From assembly GCA_965212505.1 (NCBI GenBank), contig OZ243123.1:2766796-2830795 (forward strand): a stretch of 64,000 nucleotides of DNA, written 5' to 3'. The translations under genes were made by a program, and so were the position numbers. The stretch is from Candidatus Multivoradales bacterium. GTDB taxonomy: Bacteria > Acidobacteriota > Thermoanaerobaculia > Multivoradales > JAHEKO01. The first letter of the stretch is position 1; each line of letters starts with the position of its first letter. The notes beneath the pieces were generated by a model, which was not told the origin of the DNA, did no database searches, and saw only the letters and a program-made list of their open reading frames with translations. Of the stretch, positions 59,384 to 64,000 are shown in pieces.

Positions 59384-60307
59384 TCATTCGATGAACAGGT
59401 CGTCGACCCGGTCGAGCAGCCGCTGCGCGCGGCGCTGCGTGATCAGGTTGGCGAGCCGCGACGACGGTTCGTCGTCGGGATCGATCGCCAGAGCTCGCTC
59501 CAACATGTTTTGAAACTCGGCACGGTCCTGCTGCGCGACGGCGACCCCTTCGGCCCAGCTCACGAACGGGCCTGCCTTCTTTCCGTCCGACAGCTCGACC
59601 GCACGGTCGAAGTGCTCCCGGGCCCGCTCCACTGAGCCACCCATCGCCGCCGGCAGCGATTCGAGCGCCATCATCACCTCGTGCACGCTCCCCTTGTCGT
59701 AGCTCTCGTCGAGCTCGAGTGTGCGGCGAACGAGGAAGCGCACCGCCTCGAGGTCGATGGTGATCTCGGGCCGATCCGAGCCGACCGAGATGGCGCTCCC
59801 CCACGCCGCCCCGGTCCAGAAGAGGAGCGGCACGTCTTCGACCTCGAAATCAGCAAGCGCCGCCTGCGGCTCGACCTCCAGGCGTCGCCGAACGCCGGGT
59901 GAGCGGAGCTCGAGGGCGCGGAGACAGTAGTCGCGGGCACGAAGGAACATCTTGAGCGCCCGGTCGTAGCCGGCCAGCGCCGCCTCATAGTCCTCGTCTT
60001 CGAGCGCCTCGGCCTCGACCCGAACAAACGCCGCCGCGTATTGCGTGAATCCCTGGCAGGTACTCAACAGGAGACCGGCGTGTTCTGGCTGATCGGCCAA
60101 GAGTGTCTCCATCGTCTTGAGCGCAAACGGCAGAGCGTCGCGCACCAACTCGGGATCTTCGTCTGAGGCGAAGACGTCGCCGCTCGACGCGAGCGAGTTG
60201 GCGAGCGCGTTGACCGCGAGACTCCGAATCGAGCAGGCACTCGACCAAACGGCAAGCACGCCTACCAGGAGCAGGCGGACCAGGGTCGTTCGCGAGCGGC
60301 TTGTCAT
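59384..60307 (-). CDS. TatT-like TPR lipoprotein associated with TRAP transporter (TPAT system)
   Basis: Internal ATG gives a lipoprotein signal (LLLVGVLAVWSSACS). All-helical TPR-like composition. Located immediately upstream of the dctP-dctQM genes on the same strand. Confidence 0.55.
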   Translation of the reverse strand: MTSRSRTTLVRLLLVGVLAVWSSACSIRSLAVNALANSLASSGDVFASDEDPELVRDALPFALKTMETLLADQPEHAGLLLSTCQGFTQYAAAFVRVEAEALEDEDYEAALAGYDRALKMFLRARDYCLRALELRSPGVRRRLEVEPQAALADFEVEDVPLLFWTGAAWGSAISVGSDRPEITIDLEAVRFLVRRTLELDESYDKGSVHEVMMALESLPAAMGGSVERAREHFDRAVELSDGKKAGPFVSWAEGVAVAQQDRAEFQNMLERALAIDPDDEPSSRLANLITQRRAQRLLDRVDDLFIE

Positions 60308-60429
60308 GGGTCGACGGAGGTCAATGTAGCGACCGGAGGTGAGCCGGTCAAGTTCTCGACCGTTCTTCCTCGCCATCCGAGTCGCGAGTCGCCCTCGTCT
60401 GCGATACCGTCACGCCAGGTCTTCAAAGC

Positions 60430-61143
60430 ATGTCCAAGAAAAAGGGTACGCAGTCGTGTCTGCTGATCGGCGTTGGGTGCCTGATCGCCGTGGCGATCTT
60501 GGCAATCGTGGTCGGGAGCCTGATGTTCTACGGCTTCAGAAAGGCTCGTCAGCTCGAAGAGACCATGAAAGACCCCGAAACCCGCACCAGCGAGGCGCTC
60601 GAGCTGCTCCCGACCGAGTCGCTTCCCGAGGGCTATTACGCCGTGGCGGCGTTCTCCGTGCCGTTCCTGATGGACACGATTGTCCTCGCGGATCAGGAGC
60701 CGACGGACGACATCGAGTCGTCTCTTCATGCCGGCACGCACCGGTTTGTCTTCACGCGCACTCGCCTCTTCGGCGACCAGGAGGAACAGCTGAAGCTCCT
60801 GCTCGAGGGTGAGATCCACCGCGGAGAGTGGGAGAACCGGGCCCCGGTGCGCTTCGAGAACGATCGCTTCCTGGTCGCCGGGTCGGCCGTCGAGGAAGGA
60901 CGCACCCTACGCTGGGCAGCACACCTGGGCCGCTCCAGCGGCCCGGTCGACGAAGCGATCGGCCTCCGATCGACGATCGTCGTCGACTGTCCCGAGCCCC
61001 GCGGCCGAACGCGTATCGGCTTCTGGATGGGCCCTGCGCCGGACGGCGTCGAGTCCGAAACCGACATCGATCTGACCGGCACCGTCGGCGACGGTGAGCG
61101 CATCCAGGAGTTCATGCGCTACCTCGACGTCTGCGCCCGCTGA
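60430..61143 (+). CDS. membrane-anchored protein of unknown function
   Basis: 237 aa. Single N-terminal TM helix: SCLLIGVGCLIAVAILAIVVGSLMFYGF. First gene of a three-gene plus-strand cluster. Confidence 0.4.
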   Translation: MSKKKGTQSCLLIGVGCLIAVAILAIVVGSLMFYGFRKARQLEETMKDPETRTSEALELLPTESLPEGYYAVAAFSVPFLMDTIVLADQEPTDDIESSLHAGTHRFVFTRTRLFGDQEEQLKLLLEGEIHRGEWENRAPVRFENDRFLVAGSAVEEGRTLRWAAHLGRSSGPVDEAIGLRSTIVVDCPEPRGRTRIGFWMGPAPDGVESETDIDLTGTVGDGERIQEFMRYLDVCAR

Positions 61144-61178
61144 CACCTCCTAGGCTACAATTCCTTCAGATATCCACC

Positions 61179-62006
61179 GTGGCCAGAATCTACCTGTCGT
61201 CGACGTACCGGGACTTGAGGGAGCACCGCGAGGCGGTCTATCGCGCGCTCCGTCAGATGCGTCATGACGTCATCTCGATGGAGGACTACACCGCCGCCAG
61301 CCGGCCACCGCTCGAGAAGTGTCTCGAGGACGTGGCCGAATGCGATGTCTACGTCGGCATCTTCGCCTGGCGCTCCGGGTACAAACCGCCGGGCGAGGAG
61401 AGGTCGATCACCGAGCTCGAATTCCGTCAGGCGGTGTCGACCGGCAAAGAGTGTCTGATCTTCCTGCTCGAATCGGACGCCCCCTGGCCACCCAAGATGA
61501 TGGACGAGGATCGCTCCGAGATCGAGGCGCTTCGCAACGAGCTCTCGCGCGACTACCTGATCGACTTCTTCACTTCGCCTGAGGAGCTGGCGACCAATGT
61601 CAGCGTCGCCGTCGCAAACACCGCCGGCACTGGCGCGATCCCGGTCCAGGAGGAAGAAGCCGACCCGGAAACCCTGCGCTTCTTCGTCCGAAGCCTCAAA
61701 CGCATGACTGACGAGCTCGGCTCTCAGATCAAGCTCTATTCGGCCTCGAGTGTCGCTCTCGTGGCCGTCGGAGGCGGCATCCTCGCCGTCGGCCTGGCGA
61801 TGCAGGCGACAACCTTCGGCGTCGGCGGCGCCTTGATCGGCAGCGCGACGATCTTCCCCATCAACACCATGCTGCACGCCCGCAGAAAGAAGGCCGTTCT
61901 CGACGGCTACCACCACGAGCTGCAGCAGGAGCCACCCGCTGACGAGGCGGTGAGCGCGATCCGGCGCTTCCTGGGCACGCAACTGAAGGGAGGGGCGTTC
62001 GCGTGA
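61179..62006 (+). CDS. DUF4062 domain protein with C-terminal transmembrane hairpin
   Basis: N-terminal ~100 aa (ARIYLSSTYRDLREHREAV…CDVYVGIFAWRSGY…SITELEFRQAVSTGKECLIFLL) fits the DUF4062 pattern. Two predicted C-terminal TM helices (VALVAVGGGILAVGLA; GVGGALIGSATIFPI). Confidence 0.65.
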   Translation: MARIYLSSTYRDLREHREAVYRALRQMRHDVISMEDYTAASRPPLEKCLEDVAECDVYVGIFAWRSGYKPPGEERSITELEFRQAVSTGKECLIFLLESDAPWPPKMMDEDRSEIEALRNELSRDYLIDFFTSPEELATNVSVAVANTAGTGAIPVQEEEADPETLRFFVRSLKRMTDELGSQIKLYSASSVALVAVGGGILAVGLAMQATTFGVGGALIGSATIFPINTMLHARRKKAVLDGYHHELQQEPPADEAVSAIRRFLGTQLKGGAFA

Positions 62007-62989
62007 GCGAAGACGAACGGCTGGACAAGATCTCCGCGATGTTCGCCGACGAGTCGGCGGCGATGCGACGCCGAACGCTCTGGCTGTCGCTCATTCCGAT
62101 CGCGATCGGAGCGATCGTCGTCGTCACCGCGTACCTCGGGGTACAAGACGCACGCGAGCGACGCGACGCTCTCCTCACCGAGCTCGACGAGCTCTTCGCG
62201 CGCCGGGATCAACTCCAAGAAGAGCTCCAGCAGCAGAAGGCGGTCGTCGAGCACGTTCGAGAGAAGCTCCCCGAGACCGAACGCAAGGCGGTCGAACTCG
62301 TGCAGACGGGGCTCGACGCCTACAACAGCAAGGACTACGACACCGCGGTGACCCGGCTCGAGAGCGCGGTCGCCGAGAATCCGAATATGGCAGAAGCGCA
62401 CTTCCGACTCGGGCTTTCGCTCTGGCGCACCGGTCAACAGAAGGAGGCGCTCAAAGAGGTACAGGCCGCGTTCAAGATCGATCCGAGCTACGAGGAGCGG
62501 GCGCGGAAGGACCGGCGGTTCAAAGAACTTTGGGACTACAGCTACGTGGTCGAGGGCGAGAAGAGCGCCGCGACCGCACCCGAGGCGACCGCGATCAAGG
62601 AGGCGCTCGGCAACGCCCGGACGGGAGACTTCGGGAAGGCCGTCGAGTCCTACGACAAGGCGCTCGAGACCAACCCCGAGAACGCTCGCGTCCACGGTTG
62701 GAAGGGCTATTCGCTCTACCGGAAGGGCGACTACAAAGCGGCGATCTCCAGCTACGAAGAGTGCCTCGCCGCCGACCCCTCCCTCGCCGAGTGCCACTAC
62801 AACATGGGGCTCGCGCTCTGGGCGGTCGGCGACAAGCGCGGCGCACAAGCGTCCTTCGAGAAGACCTGGAGTCTCGACCCGTCGTTCCTCGGCAAGGCGC
62901 GACAGGACCCCGCCTTCCGCAAGATCGCCATCGAGCTCGACCCGCGGACACTCCTACGCAAGGAAGGCGGCCGGTCCGGCGGCGGCTAG
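62003..62989 (+). CDS. membrane-anchored TPR repeat protein
   Basis: GTG start overlapping the upstream stop (GTGA). One TM helix (LWLSLIPIAIGAIVVVTAYLG). Coiled-coil segment, then at least 4 TPR units (…AEAHFRLGLSLWRTGQQKEALK…, …AECHYNMGLALWAVGDKRGAQ…). Confidence 0.65.
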   Translation: MSEDERLDKISAMFADESAAMRRRTLWLSLIPIAIGAIVVVTAYLGVQDARERRDALLTELDELFARRDQLQEELQQQKAVVEHVREKLPETERKAVELVQTGLDAYNSKDYDTAVTRLESAVAENPNMAEAHFRLGLSLWRTGQQKEALKEVQAAFKIDPSYEERARKDRRFKELWDYSYVVEGEKSAATAPEATAIKEALGNARTGDFGKAVESYDKALETNPENARVHGWKGYSLYRKGDYKAAISSYEECLAADPSLAECHYNMGLALWAVGDKRGAQASFEKTWSLDPSFLGKARQDPAFRKIAIELDPRTLLRKEGGRSGGG

Positions 62990-64000
62990 CGTGCCGCCTG
63001 CAGCAGGTCGGTTGCGATCGCGCCGGTATCGATCGACGTCGACGCGGTCCCGAACTGGGGGCCGACAAACAGATCCAGCGAGTTTCGGCAGACCACCGCC
63101 GTCACACCGTTTCCGCCGTTGCTGCCCTCGAGCGAGTGCAGCGTGTTGCAGTTGGTCCCGACCGTCGTTCCGCCCTTGGAGAGAAGGGTGCCGAGGGTTC
63201 CTGAAACACGGAACAGAGCAAACCCGTGCTCGAAGAGCGTGCCCTGCACCGGCAAGAACCCGGCCTCGAGGAGCGCCTGGGCCTCAGCGCTCAGCAGGCT
63301 GCCCGTCACCAGCGAATGGAAGAACCGAGCGTAGCTCTCCGGCGTAGCGGTCAACGCGCCGGCGGCACCACCACCGTTGGAGAACAGAATCGGACCGGCG
63401 TCGAAGGTGTCGAGCGCCGGATGACCGTTGATGTCGACCAGTGGGTAGGCCCCGAGGAGGTTCTCGTCAATGCCGTCGGTGGCCCCGGTCGCGATGGCGT
63501 ACTGACTGGCGAGCTTGCCGAGTCGCCGCGGCACCGACAGAGCCAGCTCCATGGGCGCCAACCCCAGCGGCTCGACAATGCGCTCCTCTACCAGCTCATC
63601 AAATGACTTCCCAGAAGCACGCTCGAGAATCAGTCCGACCAACTGGTAGCCGGAGTTCCCGAAGCTCGCCTCGAAGTCTCGCTGTCTCGTCCCGCCGCGC
63701 CGGGCGCCGTTCGCCTTGAGCAGGCCGAGTGCGCTCAAGACCTCGAACGGCTCGTCGACATCGGGCACCGGTAGCCGCTCGAGTCCCAGCGCGTCGAGAA
63801 GATCGCCGAGCAGGTAGTCCACAACGTCCGTGAAGCCGTTGCCGTTCCGATCGACCTCGTTGACGAAGTCCCACAGGCCGTGGTTGCCGTTGAGCAGCTG
63901 GCGAATGGTGATCTTCTTGAGTTTGGGGCACTTGGCGCGCACCTGGACAAACTCGTCGAGCTCGCGGTCGAGTACCAGCACCGTCGCGGGACACAGAGCC
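62986..64000 (-). CDS. beta-lactamase-family serine hydrolase (5' end beyond the window)
   Basis: The ORF is open to the window edge. This is the C-terminal two-thirds of a beta-lactamase/transpeptidase-fold protein (…GNSGYQLVGLILERASG…FSNGGGAAG…). Its stop overlaps the convergent TPR gene by 4 nt. Confidence 0.5.
   Translation of the reverse strand, partial: ALCPATVLVLDRELDEFVQVRAKCPKLKKITIRQLLNGNHGLWDFVNEVDRNGNGFTDVVDYLLGDLLDALGLERLPVPDVDEPFEVLSALGLLKANGARRGGTRQRDFEASFGNSGYQLVGLILERASGKSFDELVEERIVEPLGLAPMELALSVPRRLGKLASQYAIATGATDGIDENLLGAYPLVDINGHPALDTFDAGPILFSNGGGAAGALTATPESYARFFHSLVTGSLLSAEAQALLEAGFLPVQGTLFEHGFALFRVSGTLGTLLSKGGTTVGTNCNTLHSLEGSNGGNGVTAVVCRNSLDLFVGPQFGTASTSIDTGAIATDLLQAAR

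Overview
This is a high-GC (roughly two-thirds G+C) bacterial chromosomal segment, densely coding on both strands. I found no rRNA, tRNA, CRISPR array or transposase/integrase genes.

Most of the window is recognisable housekeeping:
- A complete tryptophan operon trpE-G-D-C-F-B-A on the minus strand, preceded by a bifunctional dehydroquinase/shikimate dehydrogenase and followed by a carboxylesterase.
- A rearranged fatty-acid/phospholipid cluster yceD-rpmF-plsX-fabD-fabG-[TetR + alpha/beta hydrolase]-acpP-fabF, with no fabH.
- recA, murB, and transporters of the neurotransmitter:sodium symporter, NhaC and TRAP families.
- An exopolysaccharide-type locus of four GT4 glycosyltransferases plus a polyprenyl-phosphate sugar transferase.
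- Several secreted hydrolases: S9 peptidase, metzincin, beta-lactamase-family serine hydrolases, DUF2235 lipase-like protein, and an esterase-ankyrin fusion.

The features that deserve a second look:
1. A 1767-aa cytoplasmic-looking protein (39124-44427) with two lipase-like alpha/beta-hydrolase domains (HSxGG nucleophile motif), a central domain of unknown function, a canonical CHAT caspase-like protease domain and a C-terminal helical tail. It lies convergent to a MoxR / DUF58 / transglutaminase TgpA triad. I cannot match this architecture to a described toxin or defence system.
2. A three-gene plus-strand module (60430-62989) ending in a DUF4062 domain fused to two C-terminal TM helices, followed with a 4-nt overlap by a TM-anchored TPR protein. 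It looks like a membrane-bound, NTPase-less version of DUF4062-STAND-TPR conflict proteins.
3. A RelE/ParE type II toxin-antitoxin pair preceded by an Smr-domain nuclease gene.
4. A Planctomycete-type cytochrome-like (PSCyt1) domain carrying a C-x4-CH motif instead of CxxCH.
5. A NarI-like membrane domain fused to an HdrD/GlpC-type Fe-S protein.

Three genes (trpE, an NhaC-family antiporter, the priming sugar transferase) have conserved N-terminal coding sequence in-frame upstream of any canonical ATG/GTG/TTG. This points to non-canonical initiation or a sequence error.

All calls rest on reading the translated ORFs and the nucleotide sequence. I ran no database searches.
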